Part shown: in pieces, positions 8,594 through 17,429 of the stretch
How the letters are laid out: every line of letters begins with the position of its first letter
Numbering within the stretch: the stretch's first letter is position 1
Sequence record: NC_047815.1
Length of the DNA: 64,000 nt
Reading direction: 5' to 3' (one strand)
The notes under the pieces: generated by a model
What the model saw: the letters and a program-made list of their open reading frames with translations, nothing else
Databases searched by the model: none
Told to the model about the DNA's origin: nothing
Translations under genes and position numbers: made by a program

Positions 8594-11500
8594 TTACTCG
8601 TAACGCACAGTCACAACAGCAGGACCGAAGGCACGCACGTTGGTGCGATACACATTCCAGCTCTCTGTGAGATTGTCATACGTTTTTCTCAGCACAAGAG
8701 GACCACGCTGTCCGTCATTACCAGTTACAGGCCACTTAGCTCCATCAAACGCTGTCCAGTCTGGATTGATGTTGCCCTGAGCATCGGCACCAGCAGCAAA
8801 CTGCGCTGAACCGTAATCAGCACGCGAAATGAAATAGCCGTACTCATCAGTTTTAGGACTCAACACAAACGTACCGCCAACTGAACTACGCAGACGGTTA
8901 GTTATTGCGGTTTCTACACCAGCAACGGTGTTCACACCAAACGGTGCTGTACCGAAACGTGGGTAGCTTGAGTAGGCACGCATGTAGTGTACCTGAGTAA
9001 GTCGCACATTGTTTTCGATATAAGTTGCCTTGACACCGAAATCAACGTCTGCCAGTATCTTGCCAATAGTCAACATACCTGTTTGCGCATTGATCGAGAT
9101 ACCAGTAAGAGTAACCGTGTCACCCTTGCTGTTGGTAGTCTGCCAAAGAGTAGATGCGGTAACATCATCTTTAACAAACGTACCTGTACGGCCAAGCTGC
9201 GCTTTCATCTGCATGGTGCTATCGTCACGCACATTAACAAAGCCAACGACTGTAAGATCTTGTGGGAAACCAATACCCGGACAGGTTACATCAATCGCCG
9301 TAGTGATGGACGTGCGCTGTTCGGTAACAGTGACCTCGATCGTTACTGTTTGAGGCTGCTCACTGGGTGCAAACTGAAACTTGCCTGTCTGCGCATCAAT
9401 CGTAAAGCCGGGCACAGAACTTGTTACCTGCCAGTCAAAGCTGACCGTATCTGAATCAGGAACTGCGCTTGAACCAGTCTGTTCATCACGGCGTTCATAG
9501 CTAGCAACAGCCTGATACTCTCGGTTCGGCTCAATATTTGATGCAGGTAAATCGATAGCAACGCCAGTGATTGTGCGCGTAGACTGCATCTGAATAACGC
9601 GTGTACCACTGATGGTTTCTACAGCCTGAGTATCTGGATTGATTTTCTTGTAGACAGCATTGATACGAATCCTACCGTCCGACAGTTGAGCATCAGCCAA
9701 ATAAACATAGCCGTTGAGTGCGTCAATAGATACGCCATCAACGTTTGTATCATCACCGATAGACCACGTTGCATCTGTGGTTTCAATCTCTGTGGTATCT
9801 TGAAGAATAACACGCAGAGAATACGGCACGTACCAACGACCATCTTTGTATGCAAGAGTTGGGTTTCTGTCTGATTGATCCCAATACACTTCAGGACCCA
9901 CAATGCTGATACTACGAAGATATGTATTAGCAAGGTTGATGTACACAGTCAGGAACTTTTCAATTGCATATCCATCACAGATAAACTGCGCACGAATACG
10001 CACAGCACAGTTTGCGTTGACATTTACTGTGAGGTTACCGTCTTGGTCGATCTCCGCAACAGTATCGTCTGTTGGTTCAAGCACAATGGCGCTGTCGTCG
10101 TTGCGTTCAAAGTACCAACTGTTAACGATAGACCAGTCCGATGAGACCTCAACATCAAACTGTTTCTTTTCGCCTTCAACATAACTACCATCAAGCTGTT
10201 GAACAATGCCGCCTGATTCGTAGGTGTTTACCAGCGCATAGCTCTCACTGAGAATAGCAGCACTGATGCTGGTGGCACCCTCGATACGACTGTTGAGAAT
10301 CGTATTGATGCTCGGCATTGGAGTTGGTTCGATTGTTACCTCAAACTGTGTTTCGATACGATAGAAACGCGCACGCACCGCAGCTGAGGTTGTCTCGTTT
10401 GATTTACCAATCTGAACAACAGCACCATCGTACAAGGTAGTAGCAAGTTGCTGCATCGTACCAATCTGGTCAAACATAGGCAGCTTGCTGATCTTCATTT
10501 GTCGGAAGTCTTTAATGTCTGTTGGTGCACGACCTTCAACAGTTTCAACAATAGCAGTACCAGTGTATGTACCAGGAACAAAGCGCAACAGTTCATAGTC
10601 ATCTGTGTCTTGATCAGGCCAAACACCAGACCAACTAGCAGCTTGCACATACTCCTGAACGCCATCTGCATACGTAGCAAACAGACGAGCAAAGGTACGC
10701 GACTGGTCAAACAGTTCGTCAGGCATTTCAATCAAGATAGTATCGACCAATGCACGCACAGGCACAACTTGGAAGTCACGCGTGTTTGTGATTGTTGTAC
10801 CCTCAAACTCATACGTCATTGTCACGCGAGCAACACCATGCAGATCGCCAGTATAGTACAGCAACTGAATAGGTTGTTCACGCTGCAACTGTTTGTCGTA
10901 CAAGGTGCCAGCACCGTTAGAGATTTCGACATTAACCCACTGCGAATAGTCGGGATTGTCTGGGTCATACACAGTCGGATCAGCACCAATAGCAACTGCC
11001 TGCTTTTGCAGTTCAATGATGCGCGCACGGGCTTCTTCTACAGCACTGGCCGAAGGGATATACTCGACGGACATAGCACATGCAGCCGCATAGCTTGAAC
11101 CATCAGACCAAAGAGCAACAGTAGGCAGGTTGATGAAATCACCGCTTTTCACACGACTGCCGCTAACAACGTCAACAATCTTTGGCGTGAGGACAGTATC
11201 ATACACAGGAAAGATTTCGCTGAATGTACGAAGCATCGAACCATCTACAATGGAAACATGCAGAATGAAATCGAGATAGCCATCATCAATCGTAGGTGCT
11301 TGGAACTCACCTGTTTGAGGATTGACTTGAGGTAAGGCGTATATGCCGCTAGGAATATCTTCGCTGCTGAACCAAGTACCTTCAAGTTCCTGATAGGCCA
11401 CAACAACTGAGCTATCGCGATCATTGATCTGCTGCTGTGTTGCTGTCTCAAGCACAAACAAACCCATAGCTTTAGGCGTGATGTTCTGACGTTCCATGAT

Positions 11501-13123
11501 GTTTGCAGGCAGTACAATATCAACGTCAGCAAGAATGTTTAGTGGCGCACGCATCTTGATTTGACGTGTAACAGATACCGAACCGTTATCATCAAACTGT
11601 GCAACGAGGTTTGTCATGTAGTCACGACGGCGAACGTTGGACTTCAACACATCCTCAACAATCTGAACGTCATTGCTGCTGCTGAGATACTGAGGCACAA
11701 CAATCTTGGAAGTACCGTCGTTGTATGTCACCACACACTGGAGTGCAGTATCAGCACCCTGAGTAAGAGTATCATCAACAATCAAGGCAAGCGTTTCAGG
11801 AACGAGTTCACGCACACTGCGCAACACAGGGAAGGTGTCTGTGTGCAGAATATCAGCCTGTCCTTGATACAGCACGGTGATGTGTATTTCTGTATCAGCC
11901 GTAACGCTAGGCAAGACGAGATTGCTGCCGCTCATTGCGCCTAAGTCAGGTGTGATTGTAATCGAACCACTAGCAGTCAGATCACGAGTTGTTCCATCCA
12001 CATACTTGCCATACACACGCAACTTGTTGGTGCTGTTGCCATACAAGGTAGGTGCTTCTGTCCAGATTTCAACAGGGTCTGGCTCGACACCCAGCGGAAA
12101 CAGTCGCGTAGCAATCTGATGCGTGTTGCCTTGATATGTAACTTCAAGGTCAATTGCTGTGATAGCGTTAGGCTCAGAGAATACAACAGCGTTGCCGTTA
12201 CGTGATTCAATGTAAGCATTGTCCTCGACATAGCATTCGTATGTCTGTTCTGTGCCGTCACTGTAGCGAACCATCACACCAAATACAACCTCTTCACCGC
12301 CATGAACATATTCAGGTTCGATAAAGCTCAGGCTGCTTGCAAGAGGTGCACCGACAAAGAATCTGCGCACAGGCTCAACTACCGTATGCGCTGTCATGTA
12401 GATAGCTAGACCGATGTTTACCGCTGTTTGCACGCCATGCAATACTTCTTCGATTGGTGCCCACTGATAAAACAAGGCAGTCATGCGACGATTAAGCATT
12501 ACGTTGCGTGCTGTGCGCTGAACAAGATCAATGTTGACAGGATCAAAGCCGATGTGGTTAGTGTGCCAGTCCGTAGCTTCTTGCTCTGTCATACCAATCT
12601 GCTGTAGGGCTGCAACAATATCATCTGCTGCCTGCACATCAATCGTTAGGTCAAGGCCAACATCGATAAGATGCGCATCGACTTCTAGATCGACGTGAGT
12701 TGTCTTGTACCACGTACCACCATCTTTGATCAACACACCAAGAGGCGTAGGCAGGAATGTCTGATAGTCTGCTGTCCACAGTCGGGTAGTATCAAACTGA
12801 CCACCTAACAGGAAGCTGACAAACTTAGACCAATCACGCGTGCCCGCCAATTGGCTGTAGTCAGGCAGCACATCGATAACACGTTTGTATTGGTCGATAC
12901 GATAGCTCATCATATCACGACTGACATTGATACCTAACTGACGAATGCTTTCTTCTGCAATCTCTGTGGGTGAATCAGCCGTGATGTTACGGATGTCCAA
13001 CAGTTGCTGAATCGTGGAGAGATTGAGGTCATCATTCAACCTCCCCATGGTTTCGAACAACTCTTCCCATGCCGGGTTATCTTGTAAGAAGTCTAAAAAG
13101 AACTGTTCGGTATTTGAATTCAC
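8594..13123 (-). CDS. Large baseplate wedge protein (gp7-like N-terminus) with Ig-like repeats
   Basis: 1509 aa; coupled to the gp6-like gene; repeated 'ATYxDG' Ig-like (Big-2-like) units. Confidence 0.6.
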   Translation of the reverse strand: MNSNTEQFFLDFLQDNPAWEELFETMGRLNDDLNLSTIQQLLDIRNITADSPTEIAEESIRQLGINVSRDMMSYRIDQYKRVIDVLPDYSQLAGTRDWSKFVSFLLGGQFDTTRLWTADYQTFLPTPLGVLIKDGGTWYKTTHVDLEVDAHLIDVGLDLTIDVQAADDIVAALQQIGMTEQEATDWHTNHIGFDPVNIDLVQRTARNVMLNRRMTALFYQWAPIEEVLHGVQTAVNIGLAIYMTAHTVVEPVRRFFVGAPLASSLSFIEPEYVHGGEEVVFGVMVRYSDGTEQTYECYVEDNAYIESRNGNAVVFSEPNAITAIDLEVTYQGNTHQIATRLFPLGVEPDPVEIWTEAPTLYGNSTNKLRVYGKYVDGTTRDLTASGSITITPDLGAMSGSNLVLPSVTADTEIHITVLYQGQADILHTDTFPVLRSVRELVPETLALIVDDTLTQGADTALQCVVTYNDGTSKIVVPQYLSSSNDVQIVEDVLKSNVRRRDYMTNLVAQFDDNGSVSVTRQIKMRAPLNILADVDIVLPANIMERQNITPKAMGLFVLETATQQQINDRDSSVVVAYQELEGTWFSSEDIPSGIYALPQVNPQTGEFQAPTIDDGYLDFILHVSIVDGSMLRTFSEIFPVYDTVLTPKIVDVVSGSRVKSGDFINLPTVALWSDGSSYAAACAMSVEYIPSASAVEEARARIIELQKQAVAIGADPTVYDPDNPDYSQWVNVEISNGAGTLYDKQLQREQPIQLLYYTGDLHGVARVTMTYEFEGTTITNTRDFQVVPVRALVDTILIEMPDELFDQSRTFARLFATYADGVQEYVQAASWSGVWPDQDTDDYELLRFVPGTYTGTAIVETVEGRAPTDIKDFRQMKISKLPMFDQIGTMQQLATTLYDGAVVQIGKSNETTSAAVRARFYRIETQFEVTIEPTPMPSINTILNSRIEGATSISAAILSESYALVNTYESGGIVQQLDGSYVEGEKKQFDVEVSSDWSIVNSWYFERNDDSAIVLEPTDDTVAEIDQDGNLTVNVNANCAVRIRAQFICDGYAIEKFLTVYINLANTYLRSISIVGPEVYWDQSDRNPTLAYKDGRWYVPYSLRVILQDTTEIETTDATWSIGDDTNVDGVSIDALNGYVYLADAQLSDGRIRINAVYKKINPDTQAVETISGTRVIQMQSTRTITGVAIDLPASNIEPNREYQAVASYERRDEQTGSSAVPDSDTVSFDWQVTSSVPGFTIDAQTGKFQFAPSEQPQTVTIEVTVTEQRTSITTAIDVTCPGIGFPQDLTVVGFVNVRDDSTMQMKAQLGRTGTFVKDDVTASTLWQTTNSKGDTVTLTGISINAQTGMLTIGKILADVDFGVKATYIENNVRLTQVHYMRAYSSYPRFGTAPFGVNTVAGVETAITNRLRSSVGGTFVLSPKTDEYGYFISRADYGSAQFAAGADAQGNINPDWTAFDGAKWPVTGNDGQRGPLVLRKTYDNLTESWNVYRTNVRAFGPAVVTVRYE

Positions 13124-14583
13124 TGCATTTTCCTTTCGCTGTAACTGACTACAACACGAATCGTCCTCAGTGCTACGTATTCAGTTTTGCTGTTCGGAAT
13201 AACATCTTGAAGTGGGCTAGGAATACTAACATAGTCAACTTCAGGACGCTTTGTAGGTTGATCAGGATCTGTGTAATCGTACTTAACACGGTCCATTATG
13301 TCGCTGAGTGCAAGACGCTGACCGAGAAGACCTCGACGACGTTCAAACAAGGCGCTGACTGCTGCTGTCAAACTGTCTTCGTTTGATTGCTTGGTACCAG
13401 GAGCATCTTGATACAGATATACATTGATAACGCAGTCAATCAACAACTTGGTTGGGTTGTATGTCTGCACATCGAGGTTGCTGCGAAAATCGCTGAGCCA
13501 ATTAAGGAACTTAGTCCACTGTGCAGATGATGGATTAGGATTAACGCCTCCCCAAGTGCTAGTGTTCTTTGGCAACACACAAACGCGCACAACTCCCATC
13601 CACTCTTTATCGTTTGGTGCAATGTCACGCTGACCTTGAACAACACAGTCCGCAACGTCAGGATAGAGCATGATGCCTGCGTGCCATTCATCTTCACGAA
13701 TCAGTCTACGACGACTACGCCCAACGATAGGTGCAAAGTTACGGTAGTAGCTTAAATCAGTTTCATCACTGGCACCAGTAATGCTCGTAGAGGTTTTGCC
13801 GAGAATACTGCTGTTGTTGTTTGATGTTACTTTCAGACCAACAGCGTCAGTGTTTACTGTAGCGCCTTGTGATCGTACAGCACGCACTTTAAGCGTGTAG
13901 CCCGCAGGCAAAGCTGTTCCCCACTGCTCACCACCAAACAACAGTTCAACATCACCGCTGTCTGTTGTGTTGACCAGATAGATACGCTGACCAGCATATG
14001 CTTCAAACAAGGTCTTGTCGAAACGATCATACGTGGTCTTGTTACCGCGAGTATCTTCAATCCATACAGTAATGTCGTCGGTAAGCTGGAAGTCACTTGA
14101 GCCCAACAGCACTGAGGTGTAATCAGCGGTTGTCGTCACAAGCTGACTGAACGTGAACAGGTCACCAACAACAAAGTTAACTGCTTTTGTTTCACCAGCA
14201 GCCCACTGCGTTACCTCAGCAAGCAGACAATCAACACCATTAACCTGAAACGGTTCGTGCTTGTCCATCGTTACTTTGACAGCACTTTGGTTGATGATCT
14301 GTGCAGTGAATGCACCAGCAGACTTACGCCCAATATCTACACCTAAGAAGCGAGCACCCGCAAGGATTGAGGTGTCACGTCGAGCAAGACGTATGAATGC
14401 TTCGCGTGCTGCAATCAGGCAAGCATAGCTGTTAGAAACACCAATGTCACCGAGAGCATCAGCAATCAGTGACGTGATAGAGGAGACTTGAGCATCGGTC
14501 CAGTAGCTGTTAGCGTTGATACGCGTAAGGAACTCGGATGCAAACTCCTCATGTGTTGTCATTGTAGAGAGAAGGTTGCCCAT
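13120..14583 (-). CDS. Baseplate wedge protein (T4 gp6 / baseplate J-like)
   Basis: 487 aa; AREAFIRLARRDTSILAGARFLG and R..R.IREDEW motifs; follows the gp25-like gene. Confidence 0.75.
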   Translation of the reverse strand: MGNLLSTMTTHEEFASEFLTRINANSYWTDAQVSSITSLIADALGDIGVSNSYACLIAAREAFIRLARRDTSILAGARFLGVDIGRKSAGAFTAQIINQSAVKVTMDKHEPFQVNGVDCLLAEVTQWAAGETKAVNFVVGDLFTFSQLVTTTADYTSVLLGSSDFQLTDDITVWIEDTRGNKTTYDRFDKTLFEAYAGQRIYLVNTTDSGDVELLFGGEQWGTALPAGYTLKVRAVRSQGATVNTDAVGLKVTSNNNSSILGKTSTSITGASDETDLSYYRNFAPIVGRSRRRLIREDEWHAGIMLYPDVADCVVQGQRDIAPNDKEWMGVVRVCVLPKNTSTWGGVNPNPSSAQWTKFLNWLSDFRSNLDVQTYNPTKLLIDCVINVYLYQDAPGTKQSNEDSLTAAVSALFERRRGLLGQRLALSDIMDRVKYDYTDPDQPTKRPEVDYVSIPSPLQDVIPNSKTEYVALRTIRVVVSYSERKMQ

Positions 14584-14999
14584 TATGCCATGCTCCTCAT
14601 TGAGAATTGAACTGTTTTAGTTTGTTCCAAAGCTGGAACACGAAACGCTATTGATACCAGATAAGTCTGATCAACAGCGCGTTCCACACTGACATTGATG
14701 CCAGTAACATCGTTGGTCAGTCCGTTGTATGGGCTTTCAAGCGCATCACGAATGTAGGTCTGAATCCAACCTGCTGTTGTATCATCAAACGGTTCAAACA
14801 ACATGGTATAGACGTCAGTACCAAAGTTCTCGCGCCACTTACGGCTTTTACGACGAGTACCGATAATGAACAGGATTTTCTGCACAATGCTGTCAATGTC
14901 TTGCACTGTGTCTCTGTTCTCCAGCTTGATCATCGAGTTAATATCACTGTATGTAGCGAGAGCTGGTGGAAGGTTAACTGACTTTCTTATGATACTCAT
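14583..14999 (-). CDS. Baseplate wedge subunit, gp25-like
   Basis: 138 aa; IIGTRRKSRKWRENFGTDVYTMLFEPFD pattern typical of gp25/GPW. Confidence 0.8.
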   Translation of the reverse strand: MSIIRKSVNLPPALATYSDINSMIKLENRDTVQDIDSIVQKILFIIGTRRKSRKWRENFGTDVYTMLFEPFDDTTAGWIQTYIRDALESPYNGLTNDVTGINVSVERAVDQTYLVSIAFRVPALEQTKTVQFSMRSMA

Positions 15000-15286
15000 C
15001 CGAACCTCACGTTTTTACTTCCTGCTGAGGCTGTATCACCACAACTGTTAGCATCACCAGCACGTTGCGCAGGCTTGCCATTAACACGCACAGTTGACGA
15101 GCTAATTGCTGTGCCTGTATGTGGCGGGTCGTCTTTGCGATCATGTGGTTGATAGGGATCGCCGTGACGTACAACACCCAAACCATTGACAAACACATTA
15201 CCACTGGCGGCTGTAGCTACGACAGGAAAGTAACCATCATGGCCAGTAGACACATCAGCACTCAATCTAATAACAGGGCTGCCCAT
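14996..15286 (-). CDS. PAAR-repeat spike tip protein
   Basis: 96 aa; GSPVIRLS-D..GH, VFVNG.GVVR.GD..H, VRVNGKPAQRAGD..CG. Confidence 0.9.
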   Translation of the reverse strand: MGSPVIRLSADVSTGHDGYFPVVATAASGNVFVNGLGVVRHGDPYQPHDRKDDPPHTGTAISSSTVRVNGKPAQRAGDANSCGDTASAGSKNVRFG

Positions 15287-15288
15287 AG

Positions 15289-15417
15289 TTAATTTCCTTT
15301 CTTTGCAGGAATCTTTGGTCCCTTAGCTGGCACAAAATTCAATGAACCTAACTGAGGCTTTTCACCTCTTAGCATTCTAAGATAGTTTCGCTTTGCAAGA
15401 TCTGAGAGTCTTGTCAT
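15289..15417 (-). CDS. Small basic protein (42 aa, not in ORF track)
   Basis: AGGAGA-ttggtc-ATG; MTRLSDLAKRNYLRMLRGEKPQLGSLNFVPAKGPKIPAKKGN*; preceded by the TAATTT motif; stop 2 nt before the PAAR start. Confidence 0.55.
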   Translation of the reverse strand: MTRLSDLAKRNYLRMLRGEKPQLGSLNFVPAKGPKIPAKKGN

Positions 15418-15471
15418 GACCAATCTCCTATGTCGATAGCACAAAATTACTCAGAACAGGCCCATAGACGC

Positions 15472-15498
15472 AAAAATGGGCGACCGAAGTCACCCATT
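15472..15498 (-). terminator. Intrinsic terminator with UUCG loop
   Basis: ATGGGTGAC-TTCG-GTCGCCCAT-TTTT on the minus strand, including a G.U pair. Confidence 0.85.
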
Positions 15499-15684
15499 AT
15501 GCCCGACGCTACTTGTTGCTGTTGCGTGTTTGTCTTTAGCAGAACACTATGTGACTAGCTAGTCCCGCCATCGCATCGCAATCAACAACGTCTGCCGTCA
15601 CGGTTTCACACACTCGCCCGTCGGCGCTCTAAAAGTGAAGTAACGGCATTGCTGTGTATTGTCAGAATCAACATGCTCAATGTA

Positions 15685-15846
15685 TTATGCTCGGCGCTCC
15701 CACATCCCTCGAACATGTGCCTCGGTCTCCGTAGAGACAGAAGCCGGAGCGCGTGCCTCGCTGATGACTACGCGCAATTCATCATTTAAGCATGGCTGTC
15801 TGCCGAGCAAACAGACAACCACGAGCATCCAGAAAAAGACGAGCAT
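15685..15846 (-). CDS. Small hypothetical protein with hydrophobic N-terminus (53 aa)
   Basis: AGGAGA-tttc-ATG at 15846; MLVFFWMLVVVCLL... Confidence 0.35.
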   Translation of the reverse strand: MLVFFWMLVVVCLLGRQPCLNDELRVVISEARAPASVSTETEAHVRGMWERRA

Positions 15847-15927
15847 GAAATCTCCTGGTGCTGGTTGTTGTAGCAATTGCTACAATTCTTATTTACAGAT
15901 TAATCGTCAAAGAACCAATCGTTCATT

Positions 15928-16122
15928 TTATTTTTCCGCATCTGGAGGAATCTTGCCGTCAGCACAATCTAAGATATGCTGAATTATCTGATCTCGGTCT
16001 AGACCCTGAGGTACTGTGTATGTAGGACCAGCAAGTGCAGTCTTCATGCGCTCAAGATCAAATCCACCACCAGCACAGTCAAAGCAATTGCAATTAGACT
16101 GCGGTCGACAAGCACTAGCCAT
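15928..16122 (-). CDS. Small hypothetical protein (64 aa, Cys-rich N-terminus)
   Basis: Start overlaps the upstream stop (ATGGCTAG), indicating translational coupling. Confidence 0.6.
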   Translation of the reverse strand: MASACRPQSNCNCFDCAGGGFDLERMKTALAGPTYTVPQGLDRDQIIQHILDCADGKIPPDAEK

Positions 16123-16315
16123 CTTTCTTCTCTAATGCAGCACGCACCAGACAATCTTTTGCTTCAAGCAGCTTGCGTAGACCAGCAGACTTTTCAGCAC
16201 CGTCAGGCAGGTCGTTGTCCATCTGACGTGCAAGGTCACCAATCGGTTTGGACACAGCTTGCAGACGTTCAGGAAGATGTTCGTAATCAAAATACTTGAT
16301 GATAGGACTAGACAT
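16115..16315 (-). CDS. Small helical-hairpin protein (66 aa), candidate nucleotide-signal sponge-like fold
   Basis: MSSPIIKYFDYEHLPERLQ...LPDGAEKSAGLRKLLEAKDCLVRAA; true start taken as the ATG at 16315, which overlaps the upstream stop (ATGTCTAG). Confidence 0.7.
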   Translation of the reverse strand: MSSPIIKYFDYEHLPERLQAVSKPIGDLARQMDNDLPDGAEKSAGLRKLLEAKDCLVRAALEKKDG

Positions 16316-16718
16316 TGCTTGCCTCCACAGTTTTAAGAAATTTATCCCGTGCACCAACAAGATAGTGCAGACCAAAATACTTATCAACACGTTCAGGAAG
16401 TTCATCAAGACCGGATACAAACGCGCTGATCGCTTCTGTTGTTGCCTGTGCCTTATCGTCAACCGCACTTAGACCAGCAACAATTTCCTTACAGTCATTA
16501 GCAGCAAGGTTGTCAGCATCACTGCGAGTAGCACAGTGCCACAGTTGATTACGTGACCACAATACACGGCGCAGGATTTCGTTAACTGTTTGCGTGTCAG
16601 CATCTACAGGCAGTTCATCCACAATTGCTTGTGCAATACGCAGCGTAGGTTCAACAATCTTTTGTTGAATGTCCTCAGGCACATCGCCTTGAGTTTCGAA
16701 CATCGATAAATCAATCAT
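16308..16718 (-). CDS. Tandem double helical-hairpin protein (136 aa), paralog of the downstream 66-aa gene
   Basis: GAGG RBS; both halves align by eye to the 66-aa protein. Confidence 0.7.
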   Translation of the reverse strand: MIDLSMFETQGDVPEDIQQKIVEPTLRIAQAIVDELPVDADTQTVNEILRRVLWSRNQLWHCATRSDADNLAANDCKEIVAGLSAVDDKAQATTEAISAFVSGLDELPERVDKYFGLHYLVGARDKFLKTVEASNV

Positions 16719-16739
16719 GATAGCCTCAATGTGGTGTCA

Positions 16740-17345
16740 ACCCGATGCACACTCAAGGGTGAAAGCCCGAATGCGCACCAGGTTGTCTTTCCAACTGTAT
16801 AGGATTTCACAGCCCCCGTCTCCCCTCTGAGATAGGTCTAGCTGCTTTCAGTGCCTGCGTGAGGTTGAAGTATCGGCCGATAGAAAAACGATAACAAAAA
16901 GCTCGGCTCTACGTACACGCATCACATCCTGCGGGCGTTATTCACTGATTAAGCGCATAGCAAGATTCTATGAATGACTACTAACTGGAATCTTGCGTCT
17001 CGGTGTGCGCCCCGCTAACCACCGTGAATTATGGCACACACTAGTCTCTCCTAGCAGTCCGGTCAAGCGAGTGTTCCCGTCTCCCCACTGAGATAGGTCT
17101 AACATGCTGCCTGTTTTAGAACACGCCCTAATCACAAGACCCGGGAAGAATCTTGCGACGGAGTTCGGACGTTAATACCTGTGGCCGTTATTTATCTCAC
17201 ATTTCAAGAGCAATTCAGCCATCGTCGAATGCACACGCGCCTTGCTCACCACTAGAGAGCGCGAAACATCTGGAAGTTAAAGACCGACGGCTGCGGCGAG
17301 TAGTCCTGTCAGGACAACTTAGAAAAACACGAGTGCTTTGCTAAA
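16740..17345 (-). ncRNA. Candidate large structured non-coding RNA or long structured leader (~600 nt)
   Basis: No credible ORF; at least seven stems, four with G.U pairs that work only on the minus strand; internal 26-nt duplication. Confidence 0.55.
16815..17101. repeat. 26-nt direct repeat (25/26 identical) at 16815-16840 and 17076-17101
   Basis: cccgtctcccc(t/a)ctgagataggtcta read directly from the sequence. Confidence 0.95.
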
Positions 17346-17387
17346 CTGTCTCTGCTATACAATTAATATTTACAGATTTTTAGCAAA

Positions 17388-17425
17388 AGAAAAGGGGCAA
17401 AGAAAATATTTATTTTCCGCCCCTA
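17388..17425 (-). terminator. Intrinsic terminator after the 590-aa gene
   Basis: AGGGGC-G-GAAAATA-AA-TATTTTC-TTT-GCCCCT-TTTCTTTT on the minus strand. Confidence 0.8.
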
Positions 17426-17429
17426 ATGA

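Noticed and set aside
15590-15687. Possible read-through after the 53-aa ORF (YIEHVDSDNTQQCRYFTFRAPTGECVKP)
   Set aside because: The stop is TAA, the extension is short, and nothing supports recoding or a pseudogene.
16316-16468. N-terminal extension of the 117-aa ORF in the track
   Set aside because: It overlaps the 136-aa gene; the ATG at 16315 coupled to the upstream stop gives a more plausible 66-aa protein.
17090-17113. GGTCTAA...CTGCC resembling part of a c-di-GMP-I riboswitch, and CTGAGA resembling a hammerhead core
   Set aside because: Both are on the plus strand, opposite to the G.U evidence, and the other required conserved elements are missing.
17216-17245. tmRNA-like 5' motif (GCATTCGACG) in the non-coding region
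   Set aside because: No matching acceptor stem, T-arm/CCA end or tag reading frame found.
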